In this document: positions 47,501 to 61,984 of the stretch, one piece after another | How the letters are laid out: each line of letters opens with the position of its first letter | Position numbering within the stretch: position 1 is the first letter of the stretch | From: Eledone cirrhosa | Lineage: Eukaryota | Direction: 5' to 3' | DNA: 64,000 bases | NCBI GenBank assembly: GCA_964016885.1 | Contig: OZ024744.1 | Location: forward strand, 116,622,001 to 116,686,000 | The notes under the pieces: generated by a model | The model's input: only the letters and a program-made list of their open reading frames with translations | Databases searched by the model: none | What the model was told of the DNA's origin: nothing | Position numbers and translations under genes: made by a program

Positions 47501-49148
47501 AATGTGAGATAATGACAATGTGAGATAATGACAATGTGAGATAATGACCAATGTGAGATAATGACAATGTGAGATAATGACAATGTGAGATAATGACCAA
47601 TATGAGATAATGACAATGTGAGATAATGACAACGTGAGATAATGACAATGTGAGATAATGACCAATGTGAGATAATGACAATGTGAGATAATGACCAATG
47701 TGAGATAATGACAACGTGAGATAATGACAATGTGAGATAATGACAATGTGAGATAATGACAATGTGAGATAATGACCAATGTGAGATAATGACAAAGTGA
47801 GATAATGACAATGTGAGATAATGACAATGTGAGATAATGACAATGTGAGATAATGAAAATGTGAGATAATGACAATGTGAGATAATGACAATGTGAGATA
47901 ATGACCAATGTGAGATAATGACAAAGTGAGATAATGACAAGGTGAGATAATGACCAATGTGAGATAATGACAATGTGATATAATGACAATGTGAGATAAT
48001 GACCAACGTGAGATAATGACAATGGGAGATAATGACAATGTGAGATAATGACCAATGTGAGATAATGACAATGTGAGATAATGACCAATGTGAGGTAATG
48101 ACAATGTGAGATAATGACCAATGTGAGATAATGACAACGTGAGATAATGACAATGTGAGATAATGACCAATGTGAGATAATGACCAATGTGAGATAATGA
48201 CAATGTGAGATAATGACAATGTGAGATAATGACCAATGTGAGATAATGACAATGTGAGATAATGACCAATGTGAGGTAATGACAATGTGAGATAATGAGC
48301 AATGTGAGATAATGACAATGTGAGATAATGACAATGTGAGATAATGACAATGTGAGATAATGACCAATGTGAGATAATGACAATGTGAGATAATGACAAT
48401 GTGAGATAATGACCAATGTGAGATAATGACCAATGTGAGATAATGAGAACGTGTGATAATGACTCACGTGAGATAATGACAATGGGAGATAATGACCAAT
48501 GTGAGATAATGACCAATGTGAGATAATGACAATGTGAGATAATGACAATGTGAGATAATGACCAATGTGAGATAATGACAATGTGAGATAATGACAATGT
48601 GAGATAATGACCAATGTGAGATAATGACCAATGTGAGATAATGAGAACGTGTGATAATGACTCACGTGAGATAATGACAATGGGAGATAATGACCAATGT
48701 GAGATAATGACAATGTGAGATAATGACCAACGTGAGATAATGACAATGGGAGATAATGACAATGTGAGATAATGACCAATGTGAGATAATGACAACGTGA
48801 GATAATGACAACGTGAGATAATGACCAATGTGAGATAATGACCAATGTGAGATAATGACAATGTGAGATAATGACAATGTGAGATAATGACCAATGTGAG
48901 GTAATGACAATGTGAGATAATGAGTAATGTGAGATAATGACAATGTGAGATAATGTCAATGTGAGATAATGACAATGTGAGATAATGACCAATGCGAGAT
49001 AATGACAATGTGAGATAATGACAATGTGAGATAATGACAATGTGAGATAATGACAATGTGAGATAATGACAATGTGAGATAATGACCAATGTGAGATAAT
49101 GACAAAGTGAGATAATGACAATGTGAGATAATGACAAAGGGAGATAAT

Positions 49149-49237
49149 TGTTTCTACTTTTGGCACAAGGCCAGCAATTATCCCAGTGTATTACTGGTAC
49201 TTTATTTTATCGACCCCGTAAGGATGAAAGGCAAAGT
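49149..49237 (-). mobile_element. Non-satellite insert copy 1; probable truncated SINE fragment (octopus-type tRNA-derived SINE body/tail, no tRNA head)
   Basis: Sequence TGTTTCTACTTTTGGCACAAGGCCAGCAATTATCCCAGTGTATTACTGGTACTTTATTTTATCGACCCCGTAAGGATGAAAGGCAAAGT is unrelated to the monomer (seen directly). Its reverse complement contains ACTTTGCCTTTCATCCTTACGGGGTCGATAAAATAAAGTACCAGT and ends GTGCCAAAAGTAGAAACA, which I recall as resembling abundant octopus SINEs. Identity is from memory, not a search. Confidence 0.7.
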
Positions 49238-52200
49238 GAGATAATGACCAATGTGAGATAATGACCAACGTGAGATAATAAAAATGTGAGATAATGACAA
49301 TGTGAGATAATGACAATGTGAGATAATGACCAATGTGAGATAATGACCAATGTGAGATAATGACAATGTGAGATAATGACCAATGTGAGATAATGACCAA
49401 TGGGAGATAATGACCAATGTGAGATAATGACCAATGTGAGATAATGACCAATGGGAGATAATGACAATGTGAGATAATGACCAATGTGAGATAATGACCA
49501 ATGGGAGATAATGACAATGTGAGATAATGACCAATGTGAGATAATGACAATGTGAGATAATGACAATGTGAGATAATGACAAAGTGAGATAATGACAATG
49601 TGAGATAATGACAATGTGAGATAATGACAATGTGAGATAATGACAATGTGAGATAATGACCAACGTGAGATAATGACAATGTGAGATAATGACAATGTGA
49701 GATAATGACAATGTGAGATAATGACAATGTGAGATAATGACCAATGTGAGATAATGACCAATGTGAGATCATGAGCAATGTGAGATAATGACAATGTGAG
49801 ATAATGACAATGTGAGATAATGACCAATGTGAGATAATGACAATGTGAGATAATGACAATGTGAGATAATGACAATGTGAGATAATGACAATGTGAGATA
49901 ATGACAACGTGAGATAATGAAAATGTGAGATAATGACCAATGTGAGATAATGACCAATGTGAGATAATGACCAATGTGAGATAATGACAATGTGAGATAA
50001 TGACAATGTGAGATAATGAAAATGTGAGATAATGACCAATGTTAGATAATGACCAATGTGAGATAATGACAATGTGAGATAATGACCAATGTAAGATAAT
50101 GACCAACGTGAGATTATGACAATGTGAGATAATGACAATGTGAGATAATGACAATGTGAGATAATGACAATGTGATATAATGACAATGTGACATAATGAC
50201 CAATGTGAGATAATGACAATGTGAGATAATGACCAATGTGAGATAATGACCAATGTGAGATAATGACAATGTGAGATAATGACCAATGTGAGATAATGAC
50301 AATGTGAGATAATGACCAATGTGAGATAATGACAATGTGAGATAATGACAATGTGAGATAATGACAATGTGAGATAATGACCAATGTGAGATAATGACAA
50401 TGTGAGATAATGACCAATGTGAGATAATGACAATGTGAGATAATGACAATGTGAGATAATGACCAATGTGATATAATGACAATGTGAGATAATGACAATG
50501 TGAGATAATGACCAATGTAAGATAATGACCAATGTGAGATAATGACGATGTGAGATAATGACAATGTGAGATAATGACAATGTGAGATAATGACCAATGT
50601 AAGATAATGACAATGTGAGATAATGACCAATGTTAGATAATGACCAATGTGAGATAATGACAATGTGAGATAATGACCAATGTAAGATAATGACCAACGT
50701 GAGATTATGACAATGTGAGATAATGACAATGTGAGCTAATGACAATGTGAGATAATGACAATGTGATATAATGACAATGTGACATAATGACCAATGTGAG
50801 ATAATGACAATGTGAGATAATGACCAATGTGAGATAATGACCAATGTGAGATAATGACAATGTGAGATAATGACCAATGTGAGATAATGACAATGTGAGA
50901 TAATGACAATGTGACATAATGACAATGTGAGATCATGACAATGTGAGATAATGACAACGTGAGATAATGACCAATGTGAGATAACGACCAATGGGAGATA
51001 ATGACAACGTGAGATAATGACAATGTGAGATAATGACAATGTGAGATAATGACAATGTGACATACTGACAATGTGAGATCATGACAATGTGAGATAATGA
51101 CAATGTGAGATAATGACCAATGTGAGATAATGACAATGTGAGATAATGACAATGTGAGATAATGACCAATGTGAGATAATGACAATGTGAGATAATGACC
51201 AATGTGAGATAATGACCAATGTGAGATAATGACAATGTGAGATAATGACCAATGTGAGATCATGACAATGTGAGATAATGACAACGTGAGATAATGACCA
51301 ATGTGAGATAATGACAATGTGAGATAATGGCAATGTGAGATAATGACCAATGTGAGATAATGACAATATGAGATAATGACCAATGTGAGATAATGACAAA
51401 GTGAGATAATGACAATGTGAGATAATGACAATGTGAGATAATGACAATGTGAGATAATGAAAATGTGAGATAATGACAATGTGAGATAATGACAATGTGA
51501 GATAATGACCAATGTGAGATAATGACAAAGTGAGATAATGACAAGGTGAGATAATGACCAATGTGAGATAATGACAATGTGATATAATGACAATGTGAGA
51601 TAATGACCAACGTGAGATAATGACAATGGGAGATAATGACAATGTGAGATAATGACCAATGTGAGATAATGACAATGTGAGATAATGACCAATGTGAGGT
51701 AATGACAATGTGAGATAATGACCAATGTGAGATAATGACAACGTGAGATAATGACAATGTGAGATAATGACCAATGTGAGATAATGACCAATGTGAGATA
51801 ATGACAATGTGAGATAATGACAATGTGAGATATTGACCAATGTGAGATAATGACAATGTGAGATAATGACCAATGTGAGGTAATGACAATGTGAGATAAT
51901 GAGCAATGTGAGATAATGACAATGTGAGATAATGACAATGTGAGATAATGACAATGTGAGATAATGACCAATGTGAGATAATGACAATGTGAGATAATGA
52001 CGATGTGAGATAATGACCAACGTGAGATAATGACCAATGTGAGATAATGAGAACGTGTGATAATGACTCACGTGAGATAATGACAATGGGAGATAATGAC
52101 CAATGTGAGATAATGACCAATGTGAGATAATGACAATGTGAGATAATGACAATGTGAGATAATGACCAATGTGAGATAATGACAATGTGAGATAATGACA

Positions 52201-52818
52201 ATGTGAGATAATGACCAATGTGAGATAATGACCAATGTGAGATAATGAGAACGTGTGATAATGACTCACGTGAGATAATGACAATGGGAGATAATGACCA
52301 ATGTGAGATAATGACAATGTGAGATAATGACCAACGTGAGATAATGACAATGGGAGATAATGACAATGTGAGATAATGACCAATGTGAGATAATGACAAT
52401 GTGAGATAATGACCAATGTGAGGTAATGACAATGTGAGATAATGACCAATGTGAGATAATGACAACGTGAGATAATGACAACGTGAGATAATGACCAATG
52501 TGAGATAATGACCAATGTGAGATAATGACAATGTGAGATAATGACAATGTGAGATAATGACCAATGTGAGGTAATGACAATGTGAGATAATGAGTAATGT
52601 GAGATAATGACAATGTGAGATAATGACAATGTGAGATAATGACAATGTGAGATAATGACCAATGTGAGATAATGACAATGTGAGATAATGACAATGTGAG
52701 ATAATGACAATGTGAGATAATGACAATGTGAGATAATGACAATGTGAGATAATGACCAATGTGAGATAATGACAAAGTGAGATAATGACAATGTGAGATA
52801 ATGACAAAGGGAGATAAT

Positions 52819-52907
52819 TGTTTCTACTTTTGGCACAAGGCCAGCAATTATCCCTGTGTATTACTGGTACTTTATTTTATCGACCCCGTAAGGATGAAAG
52901 GCAAAGT
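52819..52907 (-). mobile_element. Non-satellite insert copy 2 (probable SINE fragment)
   Basis: Same 89-bp sequence and junctions as copy 1, with one difference (TCCCTGTG vs TCCCAGTG, T at 52855). Confidence 0.7.
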
Positions 52908-55648
52908 GAGATAATGACCAATGTGAGATAATGACCAACGTGAGATAATGAAAATGTGAGATAATGACAATGTGAGATAATGACAATGTGAGATAATGAC
53001 CAATGTGAGATAATGACCAATGTGAGATAATGACAATGTGAGATAATGACCAATGTGAGATAATGACCAATGGGAGATAATGACCAATGTGAGATAATGA
53101 CCAATGTGAGATAATGACCAATGGGAGATAATGACAATGTGAGATAATGACCAATGTGAGATAATGACCAATGGGAGATAATGACAATGTGAGATAATGA
53201 CCAATGTGAGATAATGACAATGTGAGATAATGACCAATATGAGATAATGACCAATGGGAGATAATGACAATGTTAGATAATGACCAATGTGAGATAATGA
53301 CAATGTGAGATAATGACAATGTGAGATAATGACAAAGTGAGATAATGACAATGTGAGATAATGACAATGTGAGATAATGACAATGTGAGATAATGACAAT
53401 GTGAGATAATGACCAACGTGAGATAATGACAATGTGAGATAATGACAATGTGAGATAATGACAATGTGAGATAATGACAATGTGAGATAATGACCAATGT
53501 GAGATAATGACCAATGTGAGATCATGAGCAATGTGAGATAATGACAATGTGAGATAATGACAATGTGAGATAATGACCAATGTGAGATAATGACAATGTG
53601 AGATAATGACAATGTGAGATAATGACAATGTGAGATAATGACAATGTGAGATAATGACAATGTGAGATAATGAAAATGTGAGATATTGACCAATGTGAGA
53701 TAATGACAATGTGAGATAATGACAATGTGAGATAATGACCAATGTGAGATAATGACAATGTGAGATAATGACCAATGTGAGATAATGACCAATGTGAGAT
53801 AATGACCAATGTGAGATAATGACCAATGTGAGATAATGACAATGTGAGATAATGACAATGTGAGATAATGAAAATGTGAGATAATGACCAATGTTAGATA
53901 ATGACCAATGTGAGATAATGACAATGTGAGATAATGACCAATGTAAGATAATGACCAACGTGAGATTATGACAATGTGAGATAATGACAATGTGAGATAA
54001 TGACAATGTGAGATAATGACAATGTGATATAATGACAATGTGACATAATGACCAATGTGAGATAATGACAATGTGAGATAATGACCAATGTGAGATAATG
54101 ACCAATGTGAGATAATGACAATGTGAGATAATGACCAATGTGAGATAATGACAATGTGAGATAATGACCAATGTGAGATAATGACAATGTGAGATAATGA
54201 CAATGTGAGATAATGACAATGTGAGATAATGACCAATGTGAGATAATGACAATGTGAGATAATGACCAATGTGAGATAATGACAATGTGAGATAATGACA
54301 ATGTGAGATAATGACCAATGTGATATAATGACAATGTGAGATAATGACAATGTGAGATAATGACCAATGTAAGATAATGACCAATGTGAGATAATGACGA
54401 TGTGAGATAATGACAATGTGAGATAATGACAATGTGAGATAATGACCAATGTAAGATAATGACAATGTGAGATAATGACCAATGTTAGATAATGACCAAT
54501 GTGAGATAATGACCAATGTGAGATAATGACAATGTGAGATAATGACCAATGTGAGATAATGACAATGTGAGATAATGACAATGTGAGATAATGACCAATG
54601 TGAGATAATGACCAATGTGAGATAATGACCAATGTGAGATAATGAACAATGTGAGATAATGACCAATGTGAGATAATGACAATGTGAGATAATGACCAAT
54701 GTGAGATAATGACCAATGTGAGATAATGACCAACGTGAGATAATGACAAAGTGAGATAATGACAAGGTGAGATAATGACCAATGTGAGATAATGACAATG
54801 TGAGATAATGACAATGTGAGATAATGACCAACGTGAGATAATGACAATGGGAGATAATGACAATGTGAGATAATGACCAATGTGAGATAATGACAATGTG
54901 AGATAATGACCAATGTGAGGTAATGACAATGTGAGATAATGACCAATGTGAGATAATGACAATGTGAGATAATGACCAATGTGAGATAATGACCAATGTG
55001 AGATAATGACCAACGTGAGATAATGACAATGTGAGATAATGACCAATGTGCGATAATGACCAATGTGAGATAATGACCAACGTGAGATTATTACCAATGT
55101 GAGATAATGACAATGGGAGATAATGACAATGTGAGATAATGACCAATGTGAGATAATGACAATGTGAGATAATGACCAATGTGAGGTAATGACAATGTGA
55201 GATAATGACCAATGTGAGATAATGACAACGTGAGATAATGACAATGTGAGATACTGACCAATGTGAGATAATGACCAATGTGAGATAATGACAATGTGAG
55301 ATAATGACAATGTGAGATAATGACCAATGTGAGATAATGACAATGTGAGATAATGACCAATGTGAGGTAATGACAATGTGAGATAATGAGCAATGTGAGA
55401 TAATGACAATGTGAGATAATGACAATGTGAGATAATGACAATGTGAGATAATGACAATGTGAGATAATGACAATGTGAGATAATGACCAATGTGAGATAA
55501 TGACAATGTGAGATAACGACCAATGTGAGATAATGACCAATGTGAGATAATGACAATGTGAGATAATGACAATGTGAGATAATGACCAATGTGAGATAAT
55601 GACAAAGTGAGATAATGACAATGTGAGATAATGACAAAGGGAGATAAT

Positions 55649-55737
55649 TGTTTCTACTTTTGGCACAAGGCCAGCAATTATCCCAGTGTATTACTGGTAC
55701 TTTATTTTATCGACCCCGTAAGGATGAAAGGCAAAGT
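55649..55737 (-). mobile_element. Non-satellite insert copy 3 (probable SINE fragment)
   Basis: Identical by eye to copy 1, same junctions. Confidence 0.7.
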
Positions 55738-58700
55738 GAGATAATGACCAATGTGAGATAATGACCAACGTGAGATAATGAAAATGTGAGATAATGACAA
55801 TGTGAGATAATGACAATGTGAGATAATGACCAATGTGAGATAATGACCAATGTGAGATAATGACAATGTGAGATAATGACCAATGTGAGATAATGACCAA
55901 TGGGAGATAATGACCAATGTGAGATAATGACCAATGTGAGATAATGACCAATGGGAGATAATGACAATGTGAGATAATGACCAATGTGAGATAATGACCA
56001 ATGGGAGATAATGACAATGTGAGATAATGACCAATGTGAGATAATGACAATGTGAGATAATGACCAATATGAGATAATGACCAATGGGAGATAATGACAA
56101 TGTTAGATAATGACCAATGTGAGATAATGACAATGTGAGATAATGACAATGTGAGATAATGACAAAGTGAGATAATGACAATGTGAGATAATGACAATGT
56201 GAGATAATGACAATGTGAGATAATGACAATGTGAGATAATGACCAACGTGAGATAATGACAATGTGAGATAATGACAATGTGAGATAATGACAATGTGAG
56301 ATAATGACAATGTGAGATAATGACCAATGTGAGATAATGACCAATGTGAGATCATGAGCAATGTGAGATAATGACAATGTGAGATAATGACAATGTGAGA
56401 TAATGACCAATGTGAGATAATGACAATGTGAGATAATGACAATGTGAGATAATGACAATGTGAGATAATGACAAGGTGAGATAATGACAATGTGAGATAA
56501 TGAAAATGTGAGATATTGACCAATGTGAGATAATGACAATGTGAGATAATGACAATGTGAGATAATGACCAATGTGAGATAATGACAATGTGAGATAATG
56601 ACCAATGTGAGATAATGACCAATGTGAGATAATGACCAATGTGAGATAATGACCAATGTGAGATAATGACAATGTGAGATAATGACAATGTGAGATAATG
56701 AAAATGTGAGATAATGACCAATGTTAGATAATGACCAATGTGAGATAATGACAATGTGAGATAATGACCAATGTAAGATAATGACCAACGTGAGATTATG
56801 ACAATGTGAGATAATGACAATGTGAGATAATGACAATGTGAGATAATGACAATGTGATATAATGACAATGTGACATAATGACCAATGTGAGATAATGACA
56901 ATGTGAGATAATGACCAATGTGAGATAATGACCAATGTGAGATAATGACAATGTGAGATAATGACCAATGTGAGATAATGACAATGTGAGATAATGACCA
57001 ATGTGAGATAATGACAATGTGAGATAATGACAATGTGAGATAATGACAATGTGAGATAATGACCAATGTGAGATAATGACAATGTGAGATAATGACCAAT
57101 GTGAGATAATGACAATGTGAGATAATGACAATGTGAGATAATGACCAATGTGATATAATGACAATGTGAGATAATGACAATGTGAGATAATGACCAATGT
57201 AAGATAATGACCAATGTGAGATAATGACGATGTGAGATAATGACAATGTGAGATAATGACAATGTGAGATAATGACCAATGTAAGATAATGACAATGTGA
57301 GATAATGACCAATGTTAGATAATGACCAATGTGAGATAATGACCAATGTGAGATAATGACAATGTGAGATAATGACCAATGTGAGATAATGACAATGTGA
57401 GATAATGACAATGTGAGATAATGACCAATGTGAGATAATGACCAATGTGAGATAATGACCAATGTGAGATAATGAACAACGTGAGATAATGACCAATGTG
57501 AGATAATGACAATGTGAGATAATGACCAATGTGAGATAATGACCAATGTGAGATAATGACCAACGTGAGATAATGACAAAGTGAGATAATGACAAGGTGA
57601 GATAATGACCAATGTGAGATAATGACAATGTGAGATAATGACAATGTGAGATAATGACCAACGTGAGATAATGACAATGGGAGATAATGACAATGTGAGA
57701 TAATGACCAATGTGAGATAATGACAATGTGAGATAATGACCAATGTGAGGTAATGACAATGTGAGATAATGACCAATGTGAGATAATGACAATGTGAGAT
57801 AATGACCAATGTGAGATAATGACCAATGTGAGATAATGACCAACGTGAGATAATGACAATGTGAGATAATGACCAATGTGCGATAATGACCAATGTGAGA
57901 TAATGACCAACGTGAGATTATTACCAATGTGAGATAATGACAATGGGAGATAATGACAATGTGAGATAATGACCAATGTGAGATAATGACAATGTGAGAT
58001 AATGACCAATGTGAGGTAATGACAATGTGAGATAATGACCAATGTGAGATAATGACAACGTGAGATAATGACAATGTGAGATACTGACCAATGTGAGATA
58101 ATGACCAATGTGAGATAATGACAATGTGAGATAATGACAATGTGAGATAATGACCAATGTGAGATAATGACAATGTGAGATAATGACCAATGTGAGGTAA
58201 TGACAATGTGAGATAATGAGCAATGTGAGATAATGACAATGTGAGATAATGACAATGTGAGATAATGACAATGTGAGATAATGACAATGTGAGATAATGA
58301 CAATGTGAGATAATGACCAATGTGAGATAATGACAATGTGAGATAACGACCAATGTGAGATAATGACCAATGTGAGATAATGACAATGTGAGATAATGAC
58401 AATGTGAGATAATGACCAATGTGAGATAATGACAATGTGAGATAATGACAATGTGAGATAATGACCAATGTGAGATAATGACCAATGTGAGATAATGAGA
58501 ACGTGTGATAATGACTCACGTGAGATAATGACAATGGGAGATAATGACAATGTGAGATAATGACAATGTGAAATAATGACCAATGTGAGATAATGACAAT
58601 GTGAGATAATGAGAACGTGTGATAATGACTCACGTGAGATAATGACAATGGGAGATAATGACCAATGTGAGATAATGACCAACGTGAGATAATGACAATG

Positions 58701-61700
58701 GGAGATAATGACAATGTGAGATAATGACCAATGTGAGATAATGACAATGTGAGATAATGACCAATGTGAGGTAATGACAATGTGAGATAATGACCAATGT
58801 GAGATAATGACAACGTGAGATAATGACAATGTGAGATAATGACCAATGTGAGATAATGACCAATGTGAGATAATGACAATGTGAGATAATGACAATGTGA
58901 GATAATGACCAATGTGAGATAATGACAATGTGAGATAATGACCAATGTGAGGTAATGACGATGTGAGATAATGAGCAATGTGAGATAATGACAATGTGAG
59001 ATAATGACAATGTGAGATAATGACAATGTGAGATAATGACAATGTGAGATAATGACCAATGTGAGATAATGACAATGTGAGATAACGACAATGTGAGATA
59101 ACGACCAATGTGAGATAATGACAATGTGAGATAATGACAATGTGAGATAATGACAATGTGAGATAATGACCAATGTGAGATAATGACAATGTGAGATAAT
59201 GACAATGTGAGATAATGACAATGTGAGATAATGACAATGTGAGATAATGACCAATGTGAGATAATGACAATGTGAGATAATGACAATGTGAGATAATGAC
59301 CAATATGAGATAATGACAATGTGAGATAATGACAACGTGAGATAATGACAATGTGAGATAATGACCAATGTGAGATAATGACAATGTGAGATAATGACCA
59401 ATGTGAGATAATGACCAATGTGAGATAATGACAATGTGAGATAATGACCAATGTGAGATAATGACAACGTGAGATAATGACAATGTGAGATAATGACAAT
59501 GTGAGATAATGACAATGTGAGATAATGACCAATGTGAGATAATGACAAAGTGAGATAATGACAATGTGAGATAATGACAATGTGAGATAATGACAATGTG
59601 AGATAATGAAAATGTGAGATAATGACAATGTGAGATAATGACAATGTGAGATAATGACCAATGTGAGATAATGACAAAGTGAGATAATGACAAGGTGAGA
59701 TAATGACCAATGTGAGATAATGACAATGTGAGATAATGACAATGTGAGATAATGACCAACGTGAGATAATGACAATGGGAGATAATGACAATGTGAGATA
59801 ATGACCAATGTGAGATAATGACAATGTGAGATAATGACCAATGTCAGGTAATGACAATGTGAGATAATGACCAATGTGAGATAATGACAACGTGAGATAA
59901 TGACAATGTGAGATAATGACCAATGTGAGATAATGACCAATGTGAGATAATGACAATGTGAGATAATGACAATGTGAGATAATGACCAATGTGAGGTAAT
60001 GACAATGTGAGATAATGAGAAATGTGAGATAATGACAATGTGAGATAATGACAATGTGAGATAATGACAATGTGAGATAATGACCAATGTGAGATAATGA
60101 CAATGTGAGATAATGACAATGTGAGATTATGACCAATGTGAGATAATGACCATTGTGAGATAATGAGAACGTGTGATAATGATCATGTGAGATAATGACA
60201 ATGGGAGATAATGACCAATGTGAGATAATGACCAATGTGAGATAATGACAATGTGAGATAATGACAATGTGAGATAATGACCAATGTGAGATAATGACAA
60301 TGTGAGATAATGACCAATGTGAGGTAATGACAATGTGAGATAATGAGCAATGTGAGATAATGACAATGTGAGATAATGACAATGTGAGATAATGACAATG
60401 TGAGATAATGACAATGTGAGATAATGACAATGTGAGATAATGACCAATGTGAGATAATGACAATGTGAGATAACGACAATGTGAGATAACGACCAATGTG
60501 AGATAATGACAATGTGAGATAATGACAATGTGAGATAATGACAATGTGAGATAATGACCAATGTGAGATAATGACAATGTGAGATAATGACAATGTGAGA
60601 TAATGACAATGTGAGATAATGACCAATGTGAGATAATGACAATGTGAGATAATGACAATGTGAGATAATGACCAATATGAGATAATGACAATGTGAGATA
60701 ATGACAACGTGAGATAATGACAATGTGAGATAATGACCAATGTGAGATAATGACAATGTGAGATAATGACCAATGTGAGATAATGACCAATGTGAGATAA
60801 TGACAATGTGAGATAATGACCAATGTGAGATAATGACAACGTGAGATAATGACAATGTGAGATAATGACAATGTGAGATAATGACAATGTGAGATAATGA
60901 CCAATGTGAGATAATGACAAAGTGAGATAATGACAATGTGAGATAATGACAATGTGAGATAATGACAATGTGAGATAATGAAAATGTGAGATAATGACAA
61001 TGTGAGATAATGACAATGTGACATAATGACCAATGTGAGATAATGACAAAGTGAGATAATGACAAGGTGAGATAATGACCAATGTGAGATAATGACAATG
61101 TGAGATAATGACAATGTGAGATAATGACCAACGTGAGATAATGACAATGGGAGATAATGACAATGTGAGATAATGACCAATGTGAGATAATGACAATGTG
61201 AGATAATGACCAATGTGAGGTAATGACAATGTGAGATAATGACCAATGTGAGATAATGACAACGTGAGATAATGACAATGTGAGATAATGACCAATGTGA
61301 GATAATGACCAATGTGAGATAATGACAATGTGAGATAATGACAATGTGAGATAATGACCAATGTGAGATAATGACAATGTGAGATAATGACCAATGTGAG
61401 GTAATGACAATGTGAGATAATGAGCAATGTGAGATAATGACAATGTGAGATAATGACAATGTGAGATAATGACAATGTGAGATAATGACCAATGTGAGAT
61501 AATGAAAATGTGAGATAATGACAATGTGAGATAATGACCAATGTGAGATAATGACCAATGTGAGATAATGACCAATGTGAGATAATGACAATGTGAGATA
61601 ATGACCAATGTGAGATAATGACAATGTGAGATAATGACCAATGTGAGGTAATGACAATGTGAGATAATGAGTAATGTGAGATAATGACAATGTGAGATAA

Positions 61701-61895
61701 TGACAATGTGAGATAATGACAATGTGAGATAATGACCAATGTGAGATAATGACAATGTGAGATAATGACAATGTGAGATAATGACAATGTGAGATAATGA
61801 CAATGTGAGATAATGACAATGTGAGATAATGACCAATGTGAGATAATGACAAAGTGAGATAATGACAATGTGAGATAATGACAAAGGGAGATAAT

Positions 61896-61984
61896 TGTTT
61901 CTACTTTTGGCACAAGGCCAGCAATTATCCCAGTGTATTACTGGTACTTTATTTTATCGACCCCGTAAGGATGAAAGGCAAAGT
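61896..61984 (-). mobile_element. Non-satellite insert copy 4 (probable SINE fragment)
   Basis: Identical by eye to copy 1, same junctions. Confidence 0.7.

Larger units (their letters stand above)
52740..58430. repeat. Higher-order tandem duplication, period 2830 bp, each unit carrying one insert copy
   Basis: Insert copies 2 and 3 lie 2830 bp apart. Pairs 52877..53254/55707..56084, 53966..54367/56796..57197 and 54485..55063/57315..57893 share this offset. Confidence 0.92.

Noticed and set aside
46896-49166. ORFs starting MPKVET or ending FAFHPYGVDKIKYQ, which appear to have unique termini
   Set aside because: These termini are chance translations of the 89-bp insert (GTG start) fused to satellite, with no coding evidence.
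49149-49237. Intact tRNA, ncRNA, ribozyme or terminator within the insert
   Set aside because: No cloverleaf, Pol III A/B boxes or recognisable ribozyme core. Only a 5-bp stem is present.
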